Assembly: GCA_965237955.1 (NCBI GenBank)
Contig: OZ250169.1
Coordinates: 5,184,001-5,248,000 of the forward strand
From: Candidatus Marinacidobacterales bacterium
GTDB lineage: Bacteria > Acidobacteriota > Vicinamibacteria > Marinacidobacterales > SMYC01
DNA length: 64,000 nucleotides
Reading direction: 5' to 3'
The notes below the pieces were generated by a model, which did no database searches, was not told the DNA's origin, and worked only from the letters and a program-made list of their open reading frames with translations. The position numbers and the translations under genes were made by a program. Below are positions 11,018-21,052 of the stretch, in pieces; positions within the stretch are counted from its first letter, which is position 1; every line of letters begins with the position of its first letter.

Positions 11018-11719
11018 CTACAGCGCGCTTCGTTTTCTTCGGTCCGCGAGAAGGCCGACGACGCCGATGACGATGAACCCCAGCGCGGCCGGTTCGGGGA
11101 CTGCCGTAATCACGCGGATCTCATCGAGGCGCGATGTGGTGGAGAAATCGAAACGAACCGTGCGGAAATCTGCAGAGAGCGTGACGATGTCGTTCACTGT
11201 GATACCCTCGGTCTCGAAGCCGGGTCCTTCCACTCCGCGAAAATCGTCGAGCTGATACGTCGTCGCGAGAGCGCCGAGCAGCGCGTCGGTGGCGTCGAGT
11301 GAGCTCGTCTGGACGAGGATCCCCAGGATGTCGCGATTGAACGTCACCGAGCCACCGGAAGCTCCAGAACCGGACAGCGGGTCGAAATGGAACAGATAGG
11401 AGTCGACGCGCGTCCCCGATAAAATCGTTCCCGGCGTGAGATCCGCCGCCTCGTCCACGACACCCGGTGACGTGACGTCTGCATCCACGTCGGAGCCGAG
11501 AATGAGAGCGGATTGCTCAAGAAAAACCCGGGTGAGCAGATCGTCTTCCAACGCGCCGAGAACGACGGATGGCGGCGGCGCTATGAAATCGAGATCGCCG
11601 AGAAAGCTGATGATGCCAGCTTCTACGCTTGATGAGGACATCACGACGATGAGGAGCGCGGCCAGAGGATAACGCGATCGCTCACTGCGCGGTTTTGTTG
11701 CGGGAATAGCATTGCGCAT
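11018..11719 (-). CDS. PEP-CTERM sorting-signal surface protein
   Basis: Signal peptide; C-terminal VPEP + TM helix + RRKR. Confidence 0.85.
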   Translation of the reverse strand: MRNAIPATKPRSERSRYPLAALLIVVMSSSSVEAGIISFLGDLDFIAPPPSVVLGALEDDLLTRVFLEQSALILGSDVDADVTSPGVVDEAADLTPGTILSGTRVDSYLFHFDPLSGSGASGGSVTFNRDILGILVQTSSLDATDALLGALATTYQLDDFRGVEGPGFETEGITVNDIVTLSADFRTVRFDFSTTSRLDEIRVITAVPEPAALGFIVIGVVGLLADRRKRSAL

Positions 11720-12384
11720 TTCACTCACTCCTGAAAGGACCCGGGAACTCGAGTCGTTCGCAATCTCGAACGCGTTGCAACTCTCGATCCACTCGCGTAA
11801 CGTGTTGAAACGAACCATGATCGCCGCGATGAGCGACATCCAATTGTCAAGAAGGGTGACGGTCGGGTATGGGCGAGCTCATGGTGGCGTTCCTGTTCTG
11901 CCTGCCGTTTCAACGAGTTGTACCCACGCTTCGGTTGGAAGGGCTACGTGTAAGAGCTTCCGACACCACGCCGACGTCGAGGCTTCCTGTGTTCTCTCGG
12001 ATGGCACGCTCGGGCGAGAGTCGTCTCTCTACCCGGAGGCCTACGTCCGCATCCCGCTCGGTGAGCAAGTTCGGCTTGCGGATCGCCGTGACCGCGCGCA
12101 CACCCGAAGGCGCGCTACCGCAGGTGATGACCGTGGCGATGAACGGCGACGTTCTCACGTCAGCGAGCCTGACGACCAGCTTCAAGGAGATACGCTTCGT
12201 GACCCCGAAAAAAGAGGCTCGTCGCCGCGCACGTGGAGCGGATTCAACTTCCTTGAGACTTCGCGCGATCAGACCCTAATCCCTGCTAGCACGCCCAAAA
12301 GGATAGCCGCGGCTGTCGATTTGCAGGGTCACCGTTCTCTAGGTTAGTATATAGTCAGTTCCTTTTGACCATGAGCGTGTAAAC

Positions 12385-12624
12385 ATGACCACTCGCAACA
12401 AAACGATTAGCGCCAGCGATTTCAAAGCTCGATGCGGTCAAGTGATCGCTGACGTCGCAGAGGGCCGAGGTCCTGTCGTGATTACGAAGCGCGGGCGGCC
12501 CACCGCTAAGTTGGTGCCGGCGGACGGGGAGCGCAAATCGCTCTTCGGCTTCGCACGGGGCTGCATTACGATTCGCGGCGATATCGTGGAGCCCATCGAC
12601 GTCGAGTGGGATGCGGCTCGTTGA
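12385..12624 (+). CDS. Phd/YefM-family antitoxin
   Basis: ISASDFKARC...PVVITKRGRPTAKLVP. Confidence 0.9.
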   Translation: MTTRNKTISASDFKARCGQVIADVAEGRGPVVITKRGRPTAKLVPADGERKSLFGFARGCITIRGDIVEPIDVEWDAAR

Positions 12625-13024
12625 GGCCGACACCCATATTCTCATCTGGCTCGCCGAAGGCACCGCCGAGCTGGAGTCTTCATCGGTCGCGCGCTTGGAG
12701 GATGTCACACGAGCCGACGGGTTAGCGGTTTCGGCGATCTCGTTTTGGGAGGTCGCAATGCTTCAGGAGCGGCAGCGGATCAACCTTTCTCTTCCCGTTC
12801 GCCGTTGGCGAGAAATCGTCCTCGAGACTTCCGGCTTCATCGAAGCTCCTCTCACGGGGGAGATCGCGATCGAATCCGTAAATCTCCCTGGCACGTTCCA
12901 TCACGATCCGGCGGACCGCATGCTCGTTGCCACTGCGCGCTTGAATGGATGGGCGATCGCGACGCGAGATGACCGTATCCTGTCCTACGGGAATGCGGGC
13001 AACGTAGACGTTTTGCACGTGTAG
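12611..13024 (+). CDS. VapC-like PIN-domain toxin
   Basis: DTHILIW, SAISFWEV, HHDPADRMLVATA, TRD; overlaps the antitoxin gene. Confidence 0.9.
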   Translation: MRLVEADTHILIWLAEGTAELESSSVARLEDVTRADGLAVSAISFWEVAMLQERQRINLSLPVRRWREIVLETSGFIEAPLTGEIAIESVNLPGTFHHDPADRMLVATARLNGWAIATRDDRILSYGNAGNVDVLHV

Positions 13025-13093
13025 CCTTTCTCCGCTGCAGCCTTCTCATTCTCGGAAGATGCAATACATCCGGCGATCGGGACCGGAGTAGGT

Positions 13094-13834
13094 TCAGAAA
13101 GAGATCCGCCGCATGACGAAGCGCGGCAGGTTCCGTATCACCACCATGACGTAGCGCCAGATTCCGGGCGTGTACACGATCGGCGTCCCACGCTCGATCG
13201 CCTTCAAGATGTCCTTGGCGACTTCTTCGGGCTCACCCGCGAACGGCGGCGGGTCGAGCCCGGCGGTCATCCCCGTTTTCACGAACCCCGGTTTCACGCA
13301 GATGGTTTTGAGCCCTTGCGCGCGGAACTTGTGGTCGAGCCCTTCGAGGTAGGCGGAGAGTCCCGCTTTGCTCGCGCCATAAATGATGACGGGTTTTCGT
13401 CCTCGCTCGCCTGCTACCGAGGACAGGACACAGAGTGTGCCCCCGCCGGAGCTCATGAGCCGTTTGCGTGCGTCCTCGCAGAACGAGACCGTGTTCGCGA
13501 AGTTCACGGTGACGACCTCGCGCGCAAGCGCAGTGTCGGCTTCGAGCTCCTCTTCGGTCGCGAACAGTGCGGCGGTCACGACGACGGTGTCGAGCCCGCC
13601 GAGCTTTTCCGAGGCGCTATCCAGTGCGGCTGCGAAACCCTCGGGGTGGAGCAAATCGCATTCGGCAACTGTGACTTTTTGATCGCTTCCCGCACGCACC
13701 TCCATGTCGCGTGCGGACGCGTCGAGAGCTTCGACGTTGCGACCGAGCAGGCAAATCGTGTGACCACGCTCGGCGAGAAGCCGCCCGAGCGCGCGTCCGA
13801 TACCTTTCGTGCCCCCGAGAAGAACGACCTTCAA
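13094..13834 (-). CDS. DprE2-like short-chain dehydrogenase
   Basis: LLGGTKGIG, SSVAGERGR, YGASKAG, VKPGFVKTGMT; TTG start overlaps upstream stop. Confidence 0.85.
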   Translation of the reverse strand: MKVVLLGGTKGIGRALGRLLAERGHTICLLGRNVEALDASARDMEVRAGSDQKVTVAECDLLHPEGFAAALDSASEKLGGLDTVVVTAALFATEEELEADTALAREVVTVNFANTVSFCEDARKRLMSSGGGTLCVLSSVAGERGRKPVIIYGASKAGLSAYLEGLDHKFRAQGLKTICVKPGFVKTGMTAGLDPPPFAGEPEEVAKDILKAIERGTPIVYTPGIWRYVMVVIRNLPRFVMRRISF

Positions 13835-15138
13835 CTCGGATCTCCGAGAACTCGAACCGACTGCGCGCTCCGTATCCGAAGCTCCGGGTCCCAACGCTTG
13901 CGCACTTCCATCCACTGATCGAGACGAGGCTCCATCGCGCGGAAATGCTCGGCGCGGGTGAAGGCGTCCTTGGCGAGATAGATTCGACCGCCGTCCGCGA
14001 GAACGGCTTCGTTCAAGTGATCCACCAGTGTTTGGGTGTTCTCGTCGACGGCGAGATCGAGAGCGAGGGAGATTCCGGGGAGCGGAAACGACAGCATGCC
14101 CTGGCCCTCGCCGGCGCAGTCTTTGACGACGCACAAAAACGCGGCGCCGCGATGCTTTTGGAGCAGAGCGAGAAACGGTGCGGCGCCGTCCGCTTTCGAG
14201 AGCACGCATTGGTATTGGATGAATCCCCGACGACCGTAGATGCGATTCCAGTGGAGCACCTTGTCGAGCGGATAGAAGAACTCCTCGGGGTTGATCACGC
14301 CTTTGGCATTTCCGCGGGTGTAGTACGTCAACGCGTTGAACGCGCGCATGGACCAGCGGTTCAGAAACCAGTTGGGAAGCTCGAACGGTACAGAAAATTG
14401 TCGGGGTGGTGACGGCGGGTGCGGTGGCGCTTCGTCCTTCTCGGCCCATCGGCCTCGGTTGAGGATGCCGCGCCCGTTGCCCAGACAGTCGAGCCACCCG
14501 ACGGTGAATGGCCAATCCGCCGCGGAATCCTCGAGGGCCGCGACGAGTGCGTCGATGTCGCGACAGCGAAGCCGTTGCTCATAGATCCAGGGTGATGGAA
14601 TCGATCGCATCCCGAACTCGACTTCGAGAATATGACCGGTGAGACCCATGCCGCCGACCGTCGCCCAGAAGAGCTCGGGCTCGTGCGAAGGCGAGCACTC
14701 GACAATGCGGCCGTCGGCGACGCGCAGCACGAGCGATGTCACATGGGCGCCGAACGTTCCTTCGACGTGATGGTTCTTTCCATGAACATCCGCTGCCACC
14801 ATGCCGCCCAACGTGACGAATTTGGTGCCCGGCGTGACCGGCGGAAACCAACGTCTGGGAAGGAAAATACGATTCAACTCGTGGAGCGATAGTCCGGCTT
14901 CGGCGCGCAGCACGCCCGTCGTTTCGTCGAAAGCGAGGATGCGATCGGCGAGCGTCGTGGTTGCGACCTCGAGATGGCTCGGGGGAGGCAGCGCTGAGTC
15001 ACCGTAGGAACGCCCGAGCCCCCGTGAGAGGACGGCGCCGCGGCTCAGCGCGCGGAGGTCTTCGGAGAAGACTTCCTTGCCTGGTTTCGGGAGGCGCCCC
15101 CAACCGGAAAGCATGGGCGTTTTGTGGGGCATTTCCAT
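13831..15138 (-). CDS. DprE1-like FAD-binding oxidoreductase
   Basis: RGLGRSYGD, PVTPGTKFVTLGG...DVHGKNHH, FFYPLD, GGRIYLAKD. Confidence 0.9.
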   Translation of the reverse strand: MEMPHKTPMLSGWGRLPKPGKEVFSEDLRALSRGAVLSRGLGRSYGDSALPPPSHLEVATTTLADRILAFDETTGVLRAEAGLSLHELNRIFLPRRWFPPVTPGTKFVTLGGMVAADVHGKNHHVEGTFGAHVTSLVLRVADGRIVECSPSHEPELFWATVGGMGLTGHILEVEFGMRSIPSPWIYEQRLRCRDIDALVAALEDSAADWPFTVGWLDCLGNGRGILNRGRWAEKDEAPPHPPSPPRQFSVPFELPNWFLNRWSMRAFNALTYYTRGNAKGVINPEEFFYPLDKVLHWNRIYGRRGFIQYQCVLSKADGAAPFLALLQKHRGAAFLCVVKDCAGEGQGMLSFPLPGISLALDLAVDENTQTLVDHLNEAVLADGGRIYLAKDAFTRAEHFRAMEPRLDQWMEVRKRWDPELRIRSAQSVRVLGDPS

Positions 15139-15205
15139 TGGCGTTTAGTTTAGTCCAGCTATCCGCTATCAGCTATCCGCTTGGTTTCTTGCCTTCGGGA
15201 GGGTC

Positions 15206-16135
15206 GTGCTGGTACGCTCCCCGGTCGTGTTTCTTCGGGCGTTGGTATTCTCTGTATTAATAATGATGGTTGTCATGACGGGTTCGGTGGATGCGCAGGG
15301 ATCCCGGGTCAACAAGATCGTGGCTCTTCTCGAGGCGGGGAAACCTGTTTTCGGTATTTTTTCCGGGCCCAAAACCCCGGAGAGCGCCATGGCGATCGCG
15401 GTGACGGATGCGGATTTCGTCTTCTACTCCATGGAACGGGGTCCGTTCGACGTGCCCGGGATGCAGGTCTACATGCAGTTCATGATGGACCGCAAGAGCC
15501 TTGCCGCAAGTGGCTTCAACGAACAGCCCATCCTGACGCGGATTCCGCCAATCCGTGATGGAAAGGTCGAAGCGCAAGACCGGACAAAAAGACTCCTCGA
15601 TGCCGGCGTCTACGGGGTCGTGTTCCCACACGTCGAGACCGCGGAGGACGCGGCTTGGGCGGTTCGATCGATGCGTTATCGTCCCCAAGGCGCGCGCCCG
15701 CCCGAGGCGGGCGTCGCTGCGCGCTATTGGGGTTTGACCGACGAAGACTACGAGCGCCGCGCGGACCTCTGGCCTGTCAATCCCGCCGGCGAGCTCGTCA
15801 GTTTCATGCTGATCGAGAATCAAACCGGGATCGACAACGTGCGGGAGATTGTTTCGACCGAAGGCGTTAGTATGGTGTCGCCGGGGCCGGGGGACCTTCG
15901 GCGGGTGTACGATGGTGACATGGTGGCGGTCGAGAGGGCGATCCAAGCGGTGCTCGCCGCGTGCAAGGAGTTCGACGTCCCGTGTGGTGTCACCGCCGGG
16001 CCGGACGACGTCGAAAAGCGGCTCGACGAAGGATTCCGCGTCATCATCGCGACCGCGCCCGAGGCCATTGCCATCGGACGCCGCGCGTCCGGTCGCGTGG
16101 CGACAACGGGTCGCCACGCGAAGCGACAGCCCTGA
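15206..16135 (+). CDS. HpcH/HpaI aldolase-family protein with predicted signal peptide
   Basis: LLDAGVYGVVFPHVET, MRYRPQG, LIEN, GPGDL; hydrophobic N-terminus ending VDA|Q. Confidence 0.8.
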   Translation: MLVRSPVVFLRALVFSVLIMMVVMTGSVDAQGSRVNKIVALLEAGKPVFGIFSGPKTPESAMAIAVTDADFVFYSMERGPFDVPGMQVYMQFMMDRKSLAASGFNEQPILTRIPPIRDGKVEAQDRTKRLLDAGVYGVVFPHVETAEDAAWAVRSMRYRPQGARPPEAGVAARYWGLTDEDYERRADLWPVNPAGELVSFMLIENQTGIDNVREIVSTEGVSMVSPGPGDLRRVYDGDMVAVERAIQAVLAACKEFDVPCGVTAGPDDVEKRLDEGFRVIIATAPEAIAIGRRASGRVATTGRHAKRQP

Positions 16136-16220
16136 GCCGCGCGGAGCCGCTTGTCGGGCGGAGCGCAGAGCTCGTTTGAGCGGAAGTCCGACGAGCTCTA
16201 ATGAAGAAAAGAGGATTTCA

Positions 16221-17573
16221 ATGGCAACGTCACAAGTTCAATCGAAGGCCGAGCTCCTCGCTCGGGATCAAGCGCATCTGATCCACTCGCTTCACAGTCC
16301 GGCGGTCCATGAAAAAGGACACGTATGGGCGCGCGGCGACGGCGCACGCATCTACGACGTAGACGGCAAGGAGTACATCGACGGCCTTTCCGGGCTCTGG
16401 AACGTTTTCGCGGGGCACGGACGGAAGGAGCTGGCTCGAGCGGCGGCCCAGCAAATGGAGACCCTCGGCTACTGCTCCGGATATTCCGGAAGCACGAACG
16501 TCCACGCCATCGACCTCGCCGAGCGTTTGTCCGAGTGGGCGTACCCGAAGATCAATCATTTCTTTTTCACGTCCGGCGGCGGCGAGTCGAGCGAGTCGAG
16601 CTTCAAGACCGCGCGCTACTACTGGAAGCTGAAAGGCAAACCGGATAAGACGAAAGTCATTGGGCTTGGGTGGGGCTATCACGGCGTGACGCTCGCGGCG
16701 ATGAGTGCCACCGGGATGTCTGTCTACTGGCCGATGTTCGAGCCGCGGGTTCCCGGGTTCATCCACATACCATCGCCTTACCCGTACCGCTACCAGGCAC
16801 CGGACGGCGTCAGCCAAGGTGTCGCCGCGGCGAACGAGCTCGAGAAGGCGATCCTCGCCGAAGGACCCGACACCGTCGCGATGTTCCTCGCCGAGCCGGT
16901 CCAAGGCGCGGGCGGTGTCATCGTGCCGCAAGACGACTACTTCGCTCGCGTGCGAGAGATCTGCGATCAGTACGACGTGCTCCTGGTGACGGACGAAGTC
17001 ATCACCGGCTTCGGTCGCACTGGAAAGAAGTTCGGTCTCGAGCACTGGGGCGTCGAGCCCGACATGATTCAGTTCGCCAAAGGCGTGACTTCGGGCTATT
17101 TTCCGCTCGGTGGCATCGGCATCAGCGACGAGATTGCCGACGTGCTCAACCAGAGCGATCCGGTGTGGATGCACGCCTACACTTACAGCTCGCACCCGGT
17201 CGGCTGCCGCGTCGCTTCCGCTAACCTCGAGATCATCGAGCGCGAAGGCCTCGTCGCGCAGGCGGGCGAGAAGGGGAAGCGACTTCTCGAGGGGCTCGAC
17301 AAGGCTCTTTCCGGACATCCGCATGTAGGCGACGTCCGCGGGCTCGGGCTCATGTGCGCCGTCGAGATCGTGGCCGACAAGGCGACCAAGGTAGAGTTTC
17401 CCGCTAGCGACAAGACTGGTCCTCGGGTTCATGCGGAAACGGAAAAACGCGGTTTGTTCTCGCGCGTACGAGGGGACGTCTACGTCCTCGCACCACCCGT
17501 CGTGATCACCGACGCGGAGATTGACCGGACCGTAGAGGTGCTTTCCGAATCTGTAACCGCGGTGCTAGGCTGA
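16221..17573 (+). CDS. Class III PLP aminotransferase
   Basis: YIDGLSGLWN, EPVQGAGG, DEVITGFGRTG, AKGVTSGYFP. Confidence 0.92.
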   Translation: MATSQVQSKAELLARDQAHLIHSLHSPAVHEKGHVWARGDGARIYDVDGKEYIDGLSGLWNVFAGHGRKELARAAAQQMETLGYCSGYSGSTNVHAIDLAERLSEWAYPKINHFFFTSGGGESSESSFKTARYYWKLKGKPDKTKVIGLGWGYHGVTLAAMSATGMSVYWPMFEPRVPGFIHIPSPYPYRYQAPDGVSQGVAAANELEKAILAEGPDTVAMFLAEPVQGAGGVIVPQDDYFARVREICDQYDVLLVTDEVITGFGRTGKKFGLEHWGVEPDMIQFAKGVTSGYFPLGGIGISDEIADVLNQSDPVWMHAYTYSSHPVGCRVASANLEIIEREGLVAQAGEKGKRLLEGLDKALSGHPHVGDVRGLGLMCAVEIVADKATKVEFPASDKTGPRVHAETEKRGLFSRVRGDVYVLAPPVVITDAEIDRTVEVLSESVTAVLG

Positions 17574-17640
17574 AAATGCGTGCCTCGAGAGACTGTGCTA
17601 GTCTGATAGGACTACACCACACATGAGGAGCACACAAGGC

Positions 17641-17790
17641 ATGGAGCCCATCCGTGAAAAGGATGTCGAGCGGAGGCGTGACGCGGAGCCTGATCGTATT
17701 CGTCGCGTTTTGCGGGACATCGCCGCCGACGCGCGCGCGTTGAAGGACCGCTACCTCGACGACACGATTGTGCCCGAGGGCGGCGAGTAG
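17641..17790 (+). CDS. Pup-like small modifier protein (49 aa, C-terminal GGE)
   Basis: Manual translation MEPIREKDVERRRDAEPDRIRRVLRDIAADARALKDRYLDDTIVPEGGE*; GAGGAG RBS 17625-17630; 29 bp before a PafA-like gene; below the ORF-track size cutoff. Confidence 0.75.
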   Translation: MEPIREKDVERRRDAEPDRIRRVLRDIAADARALKDRYLDDTIVPEGGE

Positions 17791-17819
17791 TCCTCGCCCC
17801 CAGGCATTGGAAGTGAGCG

Positions 17820-19493
17820 GTGCTGTTCTCTCGCCTGATGGGGCAAGAGACCGAGTACGCGATACGATTCTCTCCCAAGCTCGGCCATCCCGGTAACGAC
17901 CGTATCTACGGTTTTCTAGCCCAGGCCATCGGACGCCACGTTCGCACCGAGCCGGGCCTCTATCCGGGCCGCCCGCAGATCTTCATGCAAAACGGCGGCG
18001 GCTTTCACTATGAGTATCGGCCTCATCGTGTCGGTGATGGGCTCATCGAAGGCGCGACCCCCGAATGCCGTGGTCCGGGTCAGCTACTCTTGTATCAGAA
18101 AGCGCAAGAGGCGTTGCTCATGAAGGTCATCCCCGCGGCGGAGACGAGCCTTAGCGAGCAGGGTTTTCCCGGGAAGCTGGGCCTTCTCAAAAACTGCCGC
18201 GACGCGCAGGGAAATGTCTACGGCGCGCAGGAGAGTTTTCAAGTGAGCGTCGCGAGTGGGCTTTCGCTCGTGGCCTACCGTTTAGGATTGGCCGGCTTGC
18301 TGCCGCTCCTCGCGCTCACGGTTGTGCTCGGCTGGCTATTCATTTTCGTCGCACTCGTAGCACTCGCCTTGGCGGTCGCTGGTGGCGTCGTTGTCGCGTT
18401 GCCCCCGTTTCGCCGGCGTCGATGGCTCGAGCGTCTCATGGATTTCGAAGAGAAAAACGTCAAGAGCGCGCTCGGTCGTATGCGTGACGCGACGACGTGG
18501 CCGTTCTTCGCTGGCTTGTGGCTCGTTACGAAGCTGTTCGCATTCCGTAAGGTTCGGCGGACCGCCATGGCCTTTTTCGTTTCTCGCGCTGCCTTCTCGG
18601 GCGCCGGGAGTGTCGAGGCCCATGGTCGGTTCTCGCTCTCCGAGAAAGGTGCCGCGATCAACAGGATTCTGCGGCGTTCCATGAGTCCGTCTGAGCGGCC
18701 GATTTTCGATACCGGCAACCTCATGAGGCCGGCGTTCGCGGCCGCTCATTTTCATCTCGATCCCGTCGCGGGCCTGTTCGCGCGCAAGCAACGCTTGCAG
18801 CTCGGGCTTGCAGACTCGAGCATGCTCGAAGAGGCCGAGTTTCTCAAAATGGGCACGACCGCTCTCGTGATCGACATGGCGGAAGCGGGATTTCTCTCCG
18901 ATGCCCCTCGACCGCTCGACCCCGTTGCCGCGCTGCACACACTCGTGAGCGACCCCGCGCTCGAGGCAGTCGTGAACACGAACCAGGGCGAGCTGACCGC
19001 GCTCGCGCTCCAACGCTTCTACCTCGATAAGTCCAAAGCGTTCGTGACGGAGTCGAAAGCGACGTCACTCGAAGCGTCGGAGGTCGTCAACCTCTGGGAC
19101 GAAGTGCTGAGTGCGCTCGAGGAGCGCAAGATGGACAAGCTCGTCGGCCGCGTCGATTGGGTCACGAAACGGTATCTCCTCGAAGCGTGTGGCGACGAAG
19201 GTGATGCCGCGATGCTGAAAACGATCGACCTGCGCTACCACGAGCTCGGCGAAGGTTATGCAGAGCAGTTTGCCAAGACCGGGAACGTTCACCGCCTTCT
19301 CGCACCGTCGGAAGTCGAGCGCGCGATCGAGGAGCCGCCGGAAGGTACCCCAGCCTATACGCGCGGCCGCTTCATTCGGTCGCGGGCAGCCAACTTGACA
19401 CCGGTGCGCATCTCGTGGGACTCGGCTTTGATTGGCGGGCGCATCAAAGGGAAGATCATCCGGTTTCCCGATCGGGGCGGTCCGACAGAGTAG
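17820..19493 (+). CDS. PafA/Dop (Pup ligase) family protein with inserted transmembrane segments
   Basis: [65 protein letters not shown]; long hydrophobic insert at about 18280-18545. Confidence 0.85.
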   Translation: MLFSRLMGQETEYAIRFSPKLGHPGNDRIYGFLAQAIGRHVRTEPGLYPGRPQIFMQNGGGFHYEYRPHRVGDGLIEGATPECRGPGQLLLYQKAQEALLMKVIPAAETSLSEQGFPGKLGLLKNCRDAQGNVYGAQESFQVSVASGLSLVAYRLGLAGLLPLLALTVVLGWLFIFVALVALALAVAGGVVVALPPFRRRRWLERLMDFEEKNVKSALGRMRDATTWPFFAGLWLVTKLFAFRKVRRTAMAFFVSRAAFSGAGSVEAHGRFSLSEKGAAINRILRRSMSPSERPIFDTGNLMRPAFAAAHFHLDPVAGLFARKQRLQLGLADSSMLEEAEFLKMGTTALVIDMAEAGFLSDAPRPLDPVAALHTLVSDPALEAVVNTNQGELTALALQRFYLDKSKAFVTESKATSLEASEVVNLWDEVLSALEERKMDKLVGRVDWVTKRYLLEACGDEGDAAMLKTIDLRYHELGEGYAEQFAKTGNVHRLLAPSEVERAIEEPPEGTPAYTRGRFIRSRAANLTPVRISWDSALIGGRIKGKIIRFPDRGGPTE

Positions 19494-19506
19494 AATACGG
19501 GCACGC

Positions 19507-20589
19507 ATGGCAGGCAACAGTTTCGGTGAGCTTTTTCGGGTCACGACCGCGGGCGAAAGCCACGGACCAGGCTACGTCGTCATCATTGATGGCGTGCCGC
19601 CCGGTCTCGAGCTTGCAGAAAGCGACCTGACGCCCGACCTCGATCGCCGCCGTCCCGGTCAATCGAAGGTGACCACCCAGCGTCAAGAGGCCGACATACC
19701 CGTGATTCTGTCCGGCGTTTTCGAAGGCAAGACCACCGGCACATCCATTGCTATCTCCATCCAAAACCGCGACCAGCGTCCGAAGGACTACTCGGAGGTC
19801 AAGGAAAAGTATCGACCCGGCCATGCCGACTACACCTTCGACGCCAAGTACGGCACGCGAGATTACCGGGGCGGGGGACGCTCGAGCGCGCGTGAGACTT
19901 CGGTTCGCGTCGCTGCGGGGGCGGTGGCGAAGAAACTTCTACGGGAGCGCTACGGCGTCGCCGTTGTGGGCTTCGTGAAACAGATCGGCGACATCGTTGC
20001 CGACGTCCGTGAGCCCGAGAGCGTGACGCTCGAGGACGTCGAAGCCAACATCGTTCGCTGCCCCGACACAAAAGCGGCCGAGCGCATGATCGAGCTCATC
20101 GAGACGGTGCGCAAGGACAGTGATTCGATCGGCGGAGTCGCGGAGATCGTCGCCACCGGTGTTCCTCCGGGATGGGGCGAGCCCGTCTTCGACAAGCTCA
20201 AAGCCGACCTCGGCAAAGCGATGCTGAGTCTGCCAGCGGTGCTCGGCGTCGAGTACGGCGCCGGCTTCGGTGTCGCCACGATGAAAGGAAGCGAAGCCAA
20301 CGACGTCTTCACCAAAGACGGCGATCGCATCGTAACGCGGACGAATCGGCATGGCGGCATGCTCGGAGGCATTTCTTCAGGAATGCCTATCGTCGTGCGG
20401 TGCGCCGTCAAACCGACGAGTAGTCTTCCTAGAGAGCAAGAGACGGTGACGCGCGGCGGCGACCCTACGACAATCGCGACGAAAGGTCGCCACGACCCGT
20501 GCCTGCTCCCACGATTCGTCCCCATGGCCGAAGCGATGATGGCGATCACGCTCGCCGACCACGCCCTGAGGCAGAAAGCGCAGCGGTAG
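19507..20589 (+). CDS. aroC: Chorismate synthase
   Basis: [40 protein letters not shown]. Confidence 0.97.
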   Translation: MAGNSFGELFRVTTAGESHGPGYVVIIDGVPPGLELAESDLTPDLDRRRPGQSKVTTQRQEADIPVILSGVFEGKTTGTSIAISIQNRDQRPKDYSEVKEKYRPGHADYTFDAKYGTRDYRGGGRSSARETSVRVAAGAVAKKLLRERYGVAVVGFVKQIGDIVADVREPESVTLEDVEANIVRCPDTKAAERMIELIETVRKDSDSIGGVAEIVATGVPPGWGEPVFDKLKADLGKAMLSLPAVLGVEYGAGFGVATMKGSEANDVFTKDGDRIVTRTNRHGGMLGGISSGMPIVVRCAVKPTSSLPREQETVTRGGDPTTIATKGRHDPCLLPRFVPMAEAMMAITLADHALRQKAQR

Positions 20590-20912
20590 CAGGTTCCCCC
20601 GAGGGCTCCACGCGAACGATGTGACGTGGCCACGGTTGTGTCACCGTGGTGACATAGCAAAGCAGCTCACGCTCCGCGGACTACTCGATTACGTCGCCGA
20701 GCGTCTGGCGGGACTCAGTGAATCTCCACCGACAACTGAGAAAATGTTGGCTGTACGTTGGGTGCGCCAGCATTGGGCTCACTTGGACTGAAGGTCCTCC
20801 TGCCCTTTCTGTGGATCCCGATTAGGCGCGCAGGCCATCGCGCCTCCAGCAGACCACGGTGCTCACCGGCGTCAAAGCTGCCCTCGCTTCGCTCGACCGC
20901 TGCGCCGGCCTT

Positions 20913-20944
20913 GACTCCTTATTCTGACGTCAGAATAAGGAGTC
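20913..20944. repeat. Perfect 32-bp palindrome
   Basis: GACTCCTTATTCTGAC|GTCAGAATAAGGAGTC. Confidence 0.95.
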
Positions 20945-21052
20945 TTATTCTCCCCTTGCGATTATGCAGACCTTGTACGTAGAGAGCGCCGCCCGGTATG
21001 TGCACAACCTGCCATGGAGACGAGGTCGCGATTTAGCCCGAGCTGCAAGAGC

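Noticed and set aside
11712-12347. Overlapping ORFs between the PEP-CTERM gene and the TA pair
   Set aside because: No recognisable motif or RBS; probably decayed DNA
16230-17432. Long antisense and alternate-frame ORFs (also 2151-3065, 52057-53244, 61844-62884)
   Set aside because: Shadow ORFs of real genes, expected at high GC
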